Notes under the pieces: model-generated
Database searches by the model: none
The model's input: the letters and a program-made list of their open reading frames with translations, nothing else
What the model was told of the DNA's origin: nothing
Position numbers and translations under genes: made by a program
Part shown: positions 44,470 through 54,561 of the stretch, piece after piece
Numbering within the stretch: the stretch's first letter is position 1
How the letters are laid out: each line of letters begins with the position of its first letter
Assembly (NCBI GenBank): GCA_028695935.1
Contig: JAQVHY010000001.1
Location: 1 to 62,962 of the forward strand
Origin: Desulfobacca sp.
Lineage (GTDB): Bacteria > Desulfobacterota > Desulfobaccia > Desulfobaccales > Desulfobaccaceae
Length of the DNA stretch: 62,962 nucleotides
Direction: 5' to 3'

Positions 44470-46306
44470 AGTGTTCCTCTCTAAGGGCTAAACTGAGGTA
44501 AATTGAGCCGGTCCGAAACATCAAGCGTTGATTGACCAAGCCATTCAGAAAGGTGAGCAACCGTTCCTGGGAAAAACCGGGAAATTGTTGCTGAATTTTA
44601 TCCAACGAGCGGGGTTTCTGGCAGAAAAGATAAATTTCCCGCGACCGCCCTTTTAGCCGAAAGTTTTCATGCGGCGAGCGGGGATCAAGGCGTTTGATTA
44701 AGATGAAGTCGCCGCCTTCCCGCCAGCTTAACTGCGGCTGGCCGGGATAGGCCCTGGCCACGGCCCGATAATGGCGCTGCCCGTCTTTCAGGGCCCGGAG
44801 CACTGGCCGCCAGGAAGGGCGAAAACTTTTGGACATCACCTGATAGCCTTGTTTAACCAATTTTAGATGCGGAAACTGAGACTTGGGCCATATAGTTTCA
44901 TAATCGGCATGATTCCCGGTTAACGTTAACCCCGCGGCCGCGGCTTGGCGATAAAGCGAGCTGCCGATACCTAAAAAAAACCGCACCGGCGTGAGCGGCG
45001 GATAGGAGATCAGAAAGGGTAGGACCTCCAGGGTTTCAGAAATTTCCTCGGCACTGGCCCCAGGAAAATCGTAGATCAGATTGGCATGGGCGGCAATACC
45101 CACCTCAGCACAGCATTTCAGCGCCCAGACATTATCCATCACCGTGGTGCCTTTGCCCATTTTTTTCAACAGACTGGCGCTCAGGGCCTCAATACCGATC
45201 TGTACCTGGCGCACCCCGGCCCGGCGCAGTGGCAGCCCCTGATTGGCCAGCAACCCGGCCCGGAGTTCAACGAAAATCCGTAGGTCTCGGTGCAAATGCG
45301 TCAGACCCTGACAGAACTCCGGCACCCCCTGACGTGGCAGGACATTATCCATCAAGGCAAAATCCAAACAGCCGTAAGTGGACGATAAGGTGTCGATTTC
45401 TTGGCTTAACCGCCATGGCGACTTGCTCCGGTAACCCTGCCACTGCAAATTGAGGTTGCAGAACTTACAGCCCTGCCCGGTAGCCGACTGCCACCAGCAC
45501 CCCCGAGAACCCTCTACCGGGAGCGTCGCCAGAAAGGGGGCCGGCCCTAGATGCTCGGCAATTTCCTGAAAATAGGGCCGGTAATCGGGCAGCGGTAAAC
45601 TGTCCAGATCAGCAATCTGGTTTTCAGCAAGCAAGGTTGGAGAGCCGTCAGCCGCCAATTCTGGCCGGTCTGGGCAAAGAATATTGGGGTTATTAAATTC
45701 GGTATGGTCGCTTCCTGAGAGTAGGGCCTGAGCCAACTCCAGGAGGGCCGCTTCCCCTTCGCCGCGGACAACATAATCGATTTCCGGGAAGGTTTGGAGC
45801 AGGCTGGCCCCCATCTCCCCCCCGCAGCCCGAGCCTCCCAGCACTACCGGCAAATCCGGATACCCGGCCTTGAGTTGACGCAGGGCATAAATACTGGCCG
45901 TCAACTGCCAGGTGCAGTGCGAAAATCCTACCAGGGCAAACCGGTGCCACTCAACCCGATCCAGTAAATTTTTAAAAGCCTGGGCCAGGCGACTGGCAAT
46001 TTCGGGTAGGGAGATCTTTTTCCCCGCGGGATGGCGACGACGCCAACCGTCCGCTAACGCCTCCCGCCGTTCGGGATAGAGCAGCTGGGCGTAAGCGAAT
46101 TCGGTTTCCAACCCGCCCGCGGCAATCTGCTGATAGAGCTCGATCCCTAAGCAGGCCCCCACCGCCACATAATGATGAAAAATCTCTACCTGAAGATCCG
46201 GGGCGCGGCGTTCTACATAAGCCTTCAGTGCCCCCAATTGAATGGACGGCCGCTCATACAGAGGCCAGGGCATGGCAATCAGGGCGATAGCGCCGTGAAC
46301 AGGCAT
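44450..46306 (-). CDS. B12-binding-domain radical SAM protein resembling the RiPP-maturation radical SAM family (TIGR03975-like, from memory)
   Basis: The N-terminus IALIAMPWPLYERPSIQLGALKAYV and the cluster motif GCWWQSATGQGCKFCNLN match the GCWWG...C.FCGLN pattern I recall for that family. The ORF is 618 aa. Confidence 0.65.
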   Translation of the reverse strand: MPVHGAIALIAMPWPLYERPSIQLGALKAYVERRAPDLQVEIFHHYVAVGACLGIELYQQIAAGGLETEFAYAQLLYPERREALADGWRRRHPAGKKISLPEIASRLAQAFKNLLDRVEWHRFALVGFSHCTWQLTASIYALRQLKAGYPDLPVVLGGSGCGGEMGASLLQTFPEIDYVVRGEGEAALLELAQALLSGSDHTEFNNPNILCPDRPELAADGSPTLLAENQIADLDSLPLPDYRPYFQEIAEHLGPAPFLATLPVEGSRGCWWQSATGQGCKFCNLNLQWQGYRSKSPWRLSQEIDTLSSTYGCLDFALMDNVLPRQGVPEFCQGLTHLHRDLRIFVELRAGLLANQGLPLRRAGVRQVQIGIEALSASLLKKMGKGTTVMDNVWALKCCAEVGIAAHANLIYDFPGASAEEISETLEVLPFLISYPPLTPVRFFLGIGSSLYRQAAAAGLTLTGNHADYETIWPKSQFPHLKLVKQGYQVMSKSFRPSWRPVLRALKDGQRHYRAVARAYPGQPQLSWREGGDFILIKRLDPRSPHENFRLKGRSREIYLFCQKPRSLDKIQQQFPGFSQERLLTFLNGLVNQRLMFRTGSIYLSLALREEHYAATDG

Positions 46307-46329
46307 CTTTCTTAGGGCTTACCAGGAAT

Positions 46330-46941
46330 TCAATCCGAAGGCTGATAATTCGGGGTCAGAATCTTGACCTCGCCGGAGCCCAGGAAATATTTGGCCCCCA
46401 CCATCCGGCAGCGGCCTTCGGTAACCGCCGCCCTGATTATGGGGCTGTCGGTGAAGAGTTGCTCGGCCAAATAGTCCAGGTTGAAATCAGTCACCGCTTC
46501 AATAAACTCTGCGGCCGGAATCCCTATTTTTCGGGCGCGGTCCAGGGATGGGAGTATTTTGCTGAACAAAACTCCGATATTACCCTCGCCCCGGCATTCG
46601 TGGGTCACCGCGGCAGTTACTCCCCCGCAATTATCATGACCCAGGATCATCAGAAGCGGGGTGTGCAGATGGTCAACGGCATATTCGATACTGGCGATCG
46701 TGGTAGCCTCCAGGACCTGGCCGGCGGTGCGCACCACGAAGATGTCGCCCAAACCCTGGTCGAATAGCAATTCCGGTGGCACCCGGGAATCAGAACAACC
46801 CAAGACAATGGCAACGGGCTGCTGTCCGGCTAACAGTTCTTGGCGTCGGGCAATAAAATTCTGCGGAGCCGGCTCGTTGCGGACAAAGCGTTGATTTCCA
46901 GCCAGCAAATTATTCAGGGCCGTGGTAGCCGCGTCATTCAT
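46330..46941 (-). CDS. Beta-class carbonic anhydrase
   Basis: Zinc ligand motifs CSDSRV and GHDNCGG are present. The ORF is 203 aa with an AGGAGG SD. Confidence 0.88.
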   Translation of the reverse strand: MNDAATTALNNLLAGNQRFVRNEPAPQNFIARRQELLAGQQPVAIVLGCSDSRVPPELLFDQGLGDIFVVRTAGQVLEATTIASIEYAVDHLHTPLLMILGHDNCGGVTAAVTHECRGEGNIGVLFSKILPSLDRARKIGIPAAEFIEAVTDFNLDYLAEQLFTDSPIIRAAVTEGRCRMVGAKYFLGSGEVKILTPNYQPSD

Positions 46942-47180
46942 TTGACTTGACCTCCTGTGCTAGGTAAAAAACTCAGCTTCCCCCCTCCGATTGCGCGTTC
47001 GGGAAATATTGGTGACCACTATAGCACGATTATCATCCGGTTTCTACGCTGTTTTGCCGTCAGCGCAGATAAATGGTTAATTTGCGCCCCGGACTGGCAG
47101 ACCGCCAGCCCCATCTCATAAAAGCAATTGTTCTGACCCCTCCCCTGCGGTTATTTTCTGACTTTAACCATAACAAGTTT

Positions 47181-47235
47181 TCATCCGGAAACTCCCCCGC
47201 CCCTGGGGGGAGGGGAACGTAAAATTCAACATTTA
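47181..47235 (+). repeat. G/C-run interspersed element, copy 3 (truncated)
   Basis: TCATCCGGAAACTCCCCCGCCCCTGGGGGGAGGGGAACGTAAAATTCAACATTT matches the 5' part of copies 1 and 2 with an internal deletion. Confidence 0.7.
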
Positions 47236-47237
47236 GC

Positions 47238-47555
47238 TTATTTTTCAGTCCCCATTCTAAAACGCAAATCGTTGACTACCCCTGGCCCCAGCAATTCAGT
47301 TAAATTTGCTAAGATCTGGGGCTTGAGAAATTGCAACTCCTGCATCCAGAAGCTGGATGGCACCTCTAGCCAGAGGATTTTGCGCTGATAATCCACCAGC
47401 CGGGTCTGGGGCTTAAAGTACTCATCAACAGACTGCTCCCACGCCCAACGGATCCGGGCCCGTTGCTCGGTGAGGCGTAGATCAGCAGGTTTCAGAATCT
47501 TTTGTAGCACTTCGCCCACCGGCACCGGGTGGGGGAGATGGGTTCGCCTGGACAT
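47238..47555 (-). CDS. DUF721 (DciA-like) domain protein
   Basis: The 105-aa ORF has ...W...V.......T.L......ILWLEV.SS.WMQELQF.K..IL..L, the DUF721 pattern as I recall it. Confidence 0.6.
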   Translation of the reverse strand: MSRRTHLPHPVPVGEVLQKILKPADLRLTEQRARIRWAWEQSVDEYFKPQTRLVDYQRKILWLEVPSSFWMQELQFLKPQILANLTELLGPGVVNDLRFRMGTEK

Positions 47556-47561
47556 CGGGCT

Positions 47562-48743
47562 TTACTCTACCCGTCCGCGGGCGCGGGCAAAACCCGCGGC
47601 AGCTCGCTCAATCACTGATTGAGGAACACAGAAGGCCAGCCGGAAATAACCGGCCCGACCAAAACCGCGCCCCGGCACCGCCAGGATATTCTCCTGCTTC
47701 AATTCCTGGATGAAAGCCACGTCATCGGGGATGGGACTACGGGGGAAAAGATAAAAGGCCCCTTGGGGCTTGACCAGATCATAGCCGGCGTCGGCCATAA
47801 TCTGGCAGAACCGTTCCCGGCGTCCTAGGTAAGGCGTCAGATCAACCGCCGCATGCGTCAGACAGCCCACCAACCGCTGCATCAGGGCCGGGGCATTAAC
47901 AAACCCTAGAATCCGATTAGCCAGAATCATGGCGGTGACCAGCTCGTGGCGACCCTGGGCTTGAGGACTGACGGCCACGTAGCCGATCCGCTCTCCGGGC
48001 AGACACAAGTCTTTGGAAAATGAGGTGGCCAGCAAGGTATGTGGATAAGCCGCGAACACACTGGGCACGGTCAAACCCTCATAGACCAAACGGCGATACG
48101 GCTCATCATTAATCAAGTAGATCGGCCGTCCGTAACGTTGGCTCTGCTCGGCGAGCAACTGCCCCAGGCCGCGCAGACTGGCGGCGCTATAAATCTGGCC
48201 GGTAGGATTATTGGGAGAATTGATCAGTACCGCCCGGGTCCTGGCACTCAGAGCCGCGGCCAAGGGCTCCAGCTCTAGCTGGAAGTGGTCATTGGTTTCC
48301 ACGACCCGGCACACCCCGGCATGATTATCGATGTAATACAAATACTCCGGGAAAAATGGGGCTAGGATGATCACCTCATCCTCTGGATCGAGCAGGGCCT
48401 TGAGGATGACATTGATCCCCCCGGCCGCGCCGCAGGTCATGATTAAGTCGGCGGCGGTAAAAGGCAGCCCGTGCAGTTCTTCCAGGTAGCGGGCCAAACT
48501 CTGGCGGGTCCCCAACAATCCGGCATTGGGCATATAGCGGTGTAATCCGGGCTGCGGGTCGCTGGCCGCTTCCTGGAGGGCCATCTTAAAGGCCGGGGGC
48601 GGCTCTAGATCCGGGTTGCCCAGGGTAAAGTCAAAGACCTGATCCGCGCCGAGGCGGTCCTTCAGCTCCGCCCCTTCTTCAAACATGCGCCTTATCCAGG
48701 ATGAGTCCTCAATCGCCGCCTTAATTTTTCGAGAAATTACCAT
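47562..48743 (-). CDS. PLP-dependent aminotransferase, class I/II (aspartate/aromatic aminotransferase-like)
   Basis: NSPNNPTG and the PLP-lysine motif SFSKDLCLPGERIGY are present. The ORF is 393 aa. Confidence 0.85.
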   Translation of the reverse strand: MVISRKIKAAIEDSSWIRRMFEEGAELKDRLGADQVFDFTLGNPDLEPPPAFKMALQEAASDPQPGLHRYMPNAGLLGTRQSLARYLEELHGLPFTAADLIMTCGAAGGINVILKALLDPEDEVIILAPFFPEYLYYIDNHAGVCRVVETNDHFQLELEPLAAALSARTRAVLINSPNNPTGQIYSAASLRGLGQLLAEQSQRYGRPIYLINDEPYRRLVYEGLTVPSVFAAYPHTLLATSFSKDLCLPGERIGYVAVSPQAQGRHELVTAMILANRILGFVNAPALMQRLVGCLTHAAVDLTPYLGRRERFCQIMADAGYDLVKPQGAFYLFPRSPIPDDVAFIQELKQENILAVPGRGFGRAGYFRLAFCVPQSVIERAAAGFARARGRVE

Positions 48744-48909
48744 ACCTTAAATCTCACCTAAGTATACTTGCTGACTTGGTCTAACCTCTGAACAAGAAAA
48801 AATTTTTTATCATCATCCTGACCCTCCCGGAAGGGCGGAGGCATAACAGATTTCTTTGTTAATCCTTTTACTTACCAAAAACAGAAGGCTTAACCCAGAA
48901 AACCATCTG

Positions 48910-49629
48910 TTAGCGCCGCCCGCGACGCAGAGTCTCAGCGGCCGTAAGCGGCAATCCCCGGGCGACGATCGCCTGGGCGGTCCGCTCAATGTCATATTCT
49001 ATTCGCCGGATGGCAATGCCCAGGGTCTCGCCCAGTTCTAAAATGGCGTAGGACGCCCGAGGGTCGCCATCTTTGGGAAAGCCGACGCTCCCCGGATTGA
49101 TCAGCCATTGACCATTAAGATTGCGGACCAAGGGAATATGAGTATGGCCGGTAAGCACGATCTGGGCCTCCACCCCGGCCAGGATGTCCTTTAAGGTCTC
49201 ATCGGCCAGATGGGGACGGACATACTCCCGGATCTGCCGCGGGCTGCCATGCGTCAACAGTATCTGCCACTGATTGATCTGTAGGGATAACTGCTCCGGC
49301 AAGCTAGCCAGATAGGCCCGGGTGTCGGCCGTTACTTCCGCCAGGGTCCAGTGATAGATCTCTAAGGCCATGGGGCTGATTTTGGGGTTGAGATAGGTCG
49401 CAATGGCCTCCGGTCCCGAGTCGCTCACCGCCCGGTCATAATTGCCGGTCAGGCCCGGGAGACCTCGCTCCCGCACCAGGGCCACGGTTTCGTTGGGAAA
49501 CGGATTATAGCCCACCAGGTCCCCCAAATGATAAATTTCCCTAATGCCCTGTGCCTGAATATCGGCCAGAACCGCTTCCAGGGCAGGCAGATTGCCATGC
49601 AAGTCAGATATAATCGCTAAGCGGGTCAT
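48910..49629 (-). CDS. Metallophosphoesterase (calcineurin-like, YfcE/MJ0936-type)
   Basis: ISDLHGN, GDLVGY, GNYD, LTHG and GHTH motifs appear in the canonical order. Confidence 0.85.
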   Translation of the reverse strand: MTRLAIISDLHGNLPALEAVLADIQAQGIREIYHLGDLVGYNPFPNETVALVRERGLPGLTGNYDRAVSDSGPEAIATYLNPKISPMALEIYHWTLAEVTADTRAYLASLPEQLSLQINQWQILLTHGSPRQIREYVRPHLADETLKDILAGVEAQIVLTGHTHIPLVRNLNGQWLINPGSVGFPKDGDPRASYAILELGETLGIAIRRIEYDIERTAQAIVARGLPLTAAETLRRGRR

Positions 49630-50205
49630 TTTGAATTGCTAGTTTGGCGTTCCCAGAGAATAATTTCGGTTAATTATCGCCATTTATCGGAAAATTTAGT
49701 CTATTCTGAAATACTCCCGGAAGGGAACTGCCAAGTATAGACTTTTCCCACCTATGGTTTAATCTACCATAAAGCCCAGCCTCGGGGTTATAGAAAATAC
49801 ACCCTACCACTCCCTTTTTATACGCTCTTCCACCCGGGGGCGCAAATTATAATCTTTTTAATGTTCCCCCGAACTCTTGGAGATCGCCCCCCCCTGAAGC
49901 TTCCTAAGGCGTGATTGCGCAATTTGCAGATGCAGGAGCACTGAAAACTTTTCAGGACAAAAGTCTAGACTTTAAATAAAGAATGGGGGCTATTACTTAT
50001 CACCACTGCCCTCCCGGCTTAACTGGATATAATCTTATTTATCAATGATTACGCATAATTGCTGGTTTACCCAACCTTCCACGTCAATTCTTTGACAATT
50101 ACCAGGATCTTTGACGCTCCTGCTCAGCTACGGCAGTGGTTCTTAGTCAATCTATCATACGAATATTTTTAAACAATTATAACTGGCGGAACAATTTTCC
50201 TTTTC

Positions 50206-50221
50206 TGGCACAATGATTGCT
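50206..50221 (+). promoter_or_regulatory. Sigma-54 (-24/-12) promoter TGGCAC-AATGA-TTGCT upstream of fliL
   Basis: It is a perfect match to TGGCAC-N5-TTGCW. It lies 40 nt upstream of the fliL ATG (50261). Confidence 0.85.
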
Positions 50222-50260
50222 CTTAGATTACCAAACCAGAAATATCAGGAGCCAGCTTAA

Positions 50261-50767
50261 ATGGCCAAAACAGAAACACCTCCCGTAAGCGAGCAAATCA
50301 CCCCTAATAAGAAAAAAACCAAATTAATCATAATGTTAGCCCTGTCGGTACTAGGTATTATCCTGGTCGGTGGCGGTTATTGGTCGTACAGCAAGTATAT
50401 GCAGAGCGGGGAATCGGAGGCAGTTTCGGCCGTTCATGGCAGTCTGGGCGGTGAGGCCATTAGCGGCAAAAGTGAATCCATCGCCCTGGAACCGTTCTTG
50501 GTCAATCTTGCCGACCCGGGAGGGCGCCGCTACCTCAAGGTCAAGATTGATCTCGAGGTTAACCGGGACTTCAGTAAGGAAATCGAGAAATCCTTGCCCA
50601 AGATTCGTGATGCCATCATTCTCCTGTTATCTTCTAAAACCTATGATGATCTAGCTACTTTATCTGGTAAGCAGGCCTTGCGTCAAGAAATTATCGCCAA
50701 GCTCCGAACCCTGCCCGGCGGCCGAGCCGTTATGGGGGCCTATTTCCTTGAGTTTGTGGCTCAATAA
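50261..50767 (+). CDS. fliL: Flagellar basal-body-associated protein FliL
   Basis: Single TM segment, then ...LEPFLVNLADPGGRRYLKVKIDLEV......I...LP.IRDAI...LSSKT..DL. It sits ahead of fliM. Confidence 0.85.
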   Translation: MAKTETPPVSEQITPNKKKTKLIIMLALSVLGIILVGGGYWSYSKYMQSGESEAVSAVHGSLGGEAISGKSESIALEPFLVNLADPGGRRYLKVKIDLEVNRDFSKEIEKSLPKIRDAIILLLSSKTYDDLATLSGKQALRQEIIAKLRTLPGGRAVMGAYFLEFVAQ

Positions 50768-50791
50768 GCTCCAAAGCATTAGGGTGACCGA

Positions 50792-51772
50792 ATGACTAAG
50801 GTTTTATCTCAAGACGAAGTCGATGCCCTCCTGAAGGGCATGGTGGAAGGAGAAGTTGACACCGAGACGGATAAGCCCAGTGAGGAAGATACCGGCATCA
50901 TCAACTATGATTTTACCTCGCAGGAACGCATTATTCGGGGGCGGATGCCGACCTTGGAGGTAATCAATGAACACTTCGCCCGAGCCTTCCGGGTGTCGTT
51001 ATCGATGAGCTTACGACGAACGGTAGATATTCAGACCAGCTTCGTACAAATGATCAAATTTGGGGAACTGTTACGTTCTTTACCCTTACCGACCAGTTTT
51101 CACATCTATAAGATGGAACCGTTACGGGGCCAGTGTGTCCTAGTAGTGGATAGTAAGCTGGTGTTTTCCTTTGTTGAATGTTTTCTAGGGGGGACAGCCA
51201 AACGTCGCTTTAAGATCGAGGGCCGCGATTTTACCGCGGTCGAGCGCCAGTTAATTCAAAAAGTAGTTCTGATGGCCTTTACTGACCTGGAAAAATCATG
51301 GGCTCCGGTTCAGCAGGTAAGACTAGTCCACGTGCGCTCGGAGATTAATCCGATGTTTGTCGGCGTAGCTACTCCTAACGATATTGTAGTGGTTACTAAA
51401 TTAAAGGTAGAACTTGATCACGCCGAAGGTCCCATGATTATCTGCATCCCGTATTCTACCATCGAACCGATCAAAGGGAAACTGTATTCAGGATTTCAAA
51501 GCGAACAATTAGGTGCCGATAGCCGTTGGACGGCGCGCATTAAAGATCAACTCCAAGACCTAGCTGTCAATGTCATAGTGCAATTGGGTACTACAACCCT
51601 AACAGCCAAAAAACTTTTGGAATTGAAGTCTGGGGATATTATCGTTCTGGACAAAAAGGTGACTGACCCCATTTTTGCCCAAGTCGAGGGGGTCAAAAAA
51701 TTTGCCGGGGCAGCCGGTTTAACCAATCAAAGCAAAGCCTTCAAGGTTAATAACTTGCTCTATCCTCAGTAA
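50792..51772 (+). CDS. fliM: Flagellar motor switch protein FliM
   Basis: The N-terminus [10 protein letters not shown] (CheY-P binding motif) is present, with FERIIRGR-like context. The ORF is 326 aa. Confidence 0.92.
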   Translation: MTKVLSQDEVDALLKGMVEGEVDTETDKPSEEDTGIINYDFTSQERIIRGRMPTLEVINEHFARAFRVSLSMSLRRTVDIQTSFVQMIKFGELLRSLPLPTSFHIYKMEPLRGQCVLVVDSKLVFSFVECFLGGTAKRRFKIEGRDFTAVERQLIQKVVLMAFTDLEKSWAPVQQVRLVHVRSEINPMFVGVATPNDIVVVTKLKVELDHAEGPMIICIPYSTIEPIKGKLYSGFQSEQLGADSRWTARIKDQLQDLAVNVIVQLGTTTLTAKKLLELKSGDIIVLDKKVTDPIFAQVEGVKKFAGAAGLTNQSKAFKVNNLLYPQ

Positions 51773-51795
51773 TTTCCAAGGAGAAAGAAACAACC

Positions 51796-52215
51796 ATGTC
51801 ATCCGAAATGCAATCTCCCGAAGTAAACGATTTTAATTGGGATGTGGGCTTATCTGAGCCAGGCCCCACTAGTGATATTTCCCAACCACCAAAACCAAAC
51901 CAAGTAACTCCTCCCGGAGACCGTGATTCAGAGAAGCCGGAGGCTTCCAAAGACTCCCCTAATCTAGCTCTACTTCTTGATATACCCTTGGAAATTTCGG
52001 TAGAGTTGGGCCGTACCAGAATGATCATTAACGATCTCTTACAGTTAGGTCAGGGATCGGTAATTGAACTAAATAAATTAGCCGGTGAGCCCCTAGAAAT
52101 CTTAATCAATCAAAAACTTATCGCCCGGGGTGAGGTAGTGGTGGTAAACGAAAAATTTGGTATCCGCCTCACTGATATCATTAGCCCGATGGAACGAATT
52201 AAACAATTAAGTTAA
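51796..52215 (+). CDS. fliN: Flagellar motor switch protein FliN
   Basis: The C-terminal SpoA domain reads [69 protein letters not shown]. Confidence 0.92.
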   Translation: MSSEMQSPEVNDFNWDVGLSEPGPTSDISQPPKPNQVTPPGDRDSEKPEASKDSPNLALLLDIPLEISVELGRTRMIINDLLQLGQGSVIELNKLAGEPLEILINQKLIARGEVVVVNEKFGIRLTDIISPMERIKQLS

Positions 52216-52225
52216 GAGGATTACA

Positions 52226-52720
52226 ATGGGCCGCTTTTTTAGTTGGCAGAAGTTATTCTTCTTTCTGATAGGTTGGGTCGGATGGCTGAGTAGGGACGAG
52301 TGCTTGGCGGTCTCGGCCGTATCGGGTCAGCTAGCCGCGGAAACGGCCCAGTTTCCTGCCTTCGGAACTCAGATTGTTAAGGTTTTCGGAGTCTTGGGTT
52401 GTTTACTGGGTGTCCTGCTGCTCACCTGCCATATACTCCGAAAACCTTGGCGGGGTAATATTAGATCGTGTTCCACCCGCCGACTTATTCAGGTATTAGC
52501 CACCCATTATCTCGAGCCCAAAAAAACCCTGATTCTGGTGGAAGTAGCGGGACAGCAATTACTACTGGCCAGTGGCCCGGAAAATTTGACCCTCCTCACC
52601 CCGTTAAGGGCCAAACCAGAAGTTATGAGTCAGAGTTCCAGAATAACCGCGAATTCGAAGCTGCATAATGCCCAAGAAAAGTTCGGATGCTTACCCAGCC
52701 TAGAGAGCCGTCATGGTTAG
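52226..52720 (+). CDS. fliO: Flagellar biosynthesis protein FliO
   Basis: It lies between fliN and fliP. It has a single central TM segment and the motif IQVLATHYLEPKKTLILVEVAGQQLLLASG. Confidence 0.75.
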   Translation: MGRFFSWQKLFFFLIGWVGWLSRDECLAVSAVSGQLAAETAQFPAFGTQIVKVFGVLGCLLGVLLLTCHILRKPWRGNIRSCSTRRLIQVLATHYLEPKKTLILVEVAGQQLLLASGPENLTLLTPLRAKPEVMSQSSRITANSKLHNAQEKFGCLPSLESRHG

Positions 52721-53489
52721 CCCTACTAAAAAGCACAACAGGTTGCTGAGCTTACTAATTTTAGGGTTAACCGGGATCCTGTGGCTAGCCCCTGCGGCGG
52801 CGGCTCAAGAATTGATGTTCCCTTCCCTACAGTTAGGAATCGCCCCAGCCAAAGATCCGGCTAATCTGAGTCTCTCCTTACAGATTCTTTTTTTGCTGAC
52901 GGTACTCTCCTTAGCCCCGGCCTTTATGGTGATGATGACTTCGTTCACTCGCTTAATAATAGTATTCTCCTTTCTTAGACATGCCCTGGGTACCCAGCAG
53001 ATGCCTCCTAACCAGATCCTGATTGGGTTAGCCCTGTTTCTAACCTTTTTTATCATGTCGCCAGTGTGGCAAGACATCCATCAACAGGCTATCCAACCTT
53101 ACATGGAAAAGCGTTTGGGACCGGAAGATGCCTTACAGAAGGCGGCGGCACCCTTACGCCGCTTTATGTTTAAACATACTCGTGAAAAAGACCTTTCCTT
53201 ATTCGTCTCGGTCATGAAGGTGCCTCGTCCCCATTCTCTGCAGGACGTTCCGATCAGTGCCCTGATTCCCGCTTTTATGACCAGCGAACTTAAGACCGCC
53301 TTTGAAATCGGCTTTTTGCTCTATATGCCTTTTCTGGTCATCGATATGGTAGTGGCCAGTGTGTTGCTTTCTATGGGCATGATGATGTTACCACCGGTAA
53401 TGATCTCTTTAGTTTTTAAAGTTCTTCTATTTGTCTTAGTAGATGGCTGGAATTTGATTATCGGCTCCCTAGTAAGAAGTTTTAATTAG
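52713..53489 (+). CDS. fliP: Flagellar export apparatus protein FliP
   Basis: LLTVLSLAPAFMVMMTSFTRLIIVFSFLRHALGTQQMPPNQILIGLALFLTFFIM.PV and the C-terminal FLVIDMVVASVLLSMGMMMLPP are canonical. Confidence 0.95.
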   Translation: MVSPTKKHNRLLSLLILGLTGILWLAPAAAAQELMFPSLQLGIAPAKDPANLSLSLQILFLLTVLSLAPAFMVMMTSFTRLIIVFSFLRHALGTQQMPPNQILIGLALFLTFFIMSPVWQDIHQQAIQPYMEKRLGPEDALQKAAAPLRRFMFKHTREKDLSLFVSVMKVPRPHSLQDVPISALIPAFMTSELKTAFEIGFLLYMPFLVIDMVVASVLLSMGMMMLPPVMISLVFKVLLFVLVDGWNLIIGSLVRSFN

Positions 53490-53499
53490 GAGATAGACT

Positions 53500-53769
53500 G
53501 TGACTCAAGAATTAGTCATGGGGATCGCAACAGATGCCATCCGCATTACCTTAATTATCTCGCTACCGATTTTGGGAATCGGCCTAACGGTAGGCATATT
53601 AATTAGTTTGATCCAATCTGCCACTCAAATTCAGGAAATGACACTGACCTTTATCCCCAAGATTTGCGCAGTGTTTGTCGGCTTATTGCTTTTTTTACCT
53701 TGGATTATGAATCAGTTAATCTCTTATACGATCACTTTATATAACAATATTCCAAGATATATCCAATGA
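53500..53769 (+). CDS. fliQ: Flagellar export apparatus protein FliQ
   Basis: The ORF is 89 aa and contains GLTVGILISLIQSATQIQEMTLTFIPKI. GTG start. Confidence 0.92.
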   Translation: MTQELVMGIATDAIRITLIISLPILGIGLTVGILISLIQSATQIQEMTLTFIPKICAVFVGLLLFLPWIMNQLISYTITLYNNIPRYIQ

Positions 53770-54557
53770 CCGGCAGTCAAGTAGCTTGGCTACTAGCTAA
53801 TTTCCAAAGTTTTGTCCTGGTGCTCATGCGGGTCAGTGTCTTTCTATTTTTCTTACCGATCTGGAACAGTCGTATGATCCCTACCACTATTAAAGTGGGC
53901 ACGATATTAGTCATCTCCTTGTTGCTTACCCCGGTAGTCCAGGGTTATCTGCCCTCATTCCCAGCCTCGATCTGGGCCGGAGGGGGCATCCTGTTTACCG
54001 AATTGATGTTAGGGCTGACCTTCTCGTTGATTGTAAGCTTTGTTTTTGAAGGCATAAAAATGGCTGGAGGACTGGTAGGCATCCAGATGGGATTCGGCAT
54101 GGTAACCCTGATTGATCCCCAGGCCGGGGGACAGACCCCTTTATTAGCTGATTTCCTCTACTTAGCGGCATTAGTCCTCTTTTTAATAATTAATGGTCAC
54201 CACCTGATCCTGAGGGCTTTGGTGGACAGTTTCGTGCAAATTCCCATGGGTGCACAGTTGGATGGCTTCCTCAAACTTCCGCAAGCCATTATTCACTTAG
54301 GAAGTCAGATGTTCGTTCTCGCGGTAAAGCTCTTGGCCCCGATTATGGTAGCGCTGTTTCTAATTCAAGTAGCCCTGGGTTTGGTGGCTAAGACTGTACC
54401 GCAGGTCCAAATCTTGTTTATTAGTTTTCCCCTAACCATCGGTTTAGGATTGCTTTTCCTTTCCATAACCCTGCCCTTGCTAACTCCTTACCTAGTGAGT
54501 CAATTCCAGGGGCTAGGGTCGATCCTGAATCGAGTAATGGTGACGATCAACGGCTAG
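53766..54557 (+). CDS. fliR: Flagellar export apparatus protein FliR
   Basis: It is a 263-aa polytopic protein following fliQ with a 4-nt overlap. LVLMRVS.FLFFLP is the typical N-terminus. Confidence 0.9.
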   Translation: MTGSQVAWLLANFQSFVLVLMRVSVFLFFLPIWNSRMIPTTIKVGTILVISLLLTPVVQGYLPSFPASIWAGGGILFTELMLGLTFSLIVSFVFEGIKMAGGLVGIQMGFGMVTLIDPQAGGQTPLLADFLYLAALVLFLIINGHHLILRALVDSFVQIPMGAQLDGFLKLPQAIIHLGSQMFVLAVKLLAPIMVALFLIQVALGLVAKTVPQVQILFISFPLTIGLGLLFLSITLPLLTPYLVSQFQGLGSILNRVMVTING

Positions 54558-54561
54558 CTAG

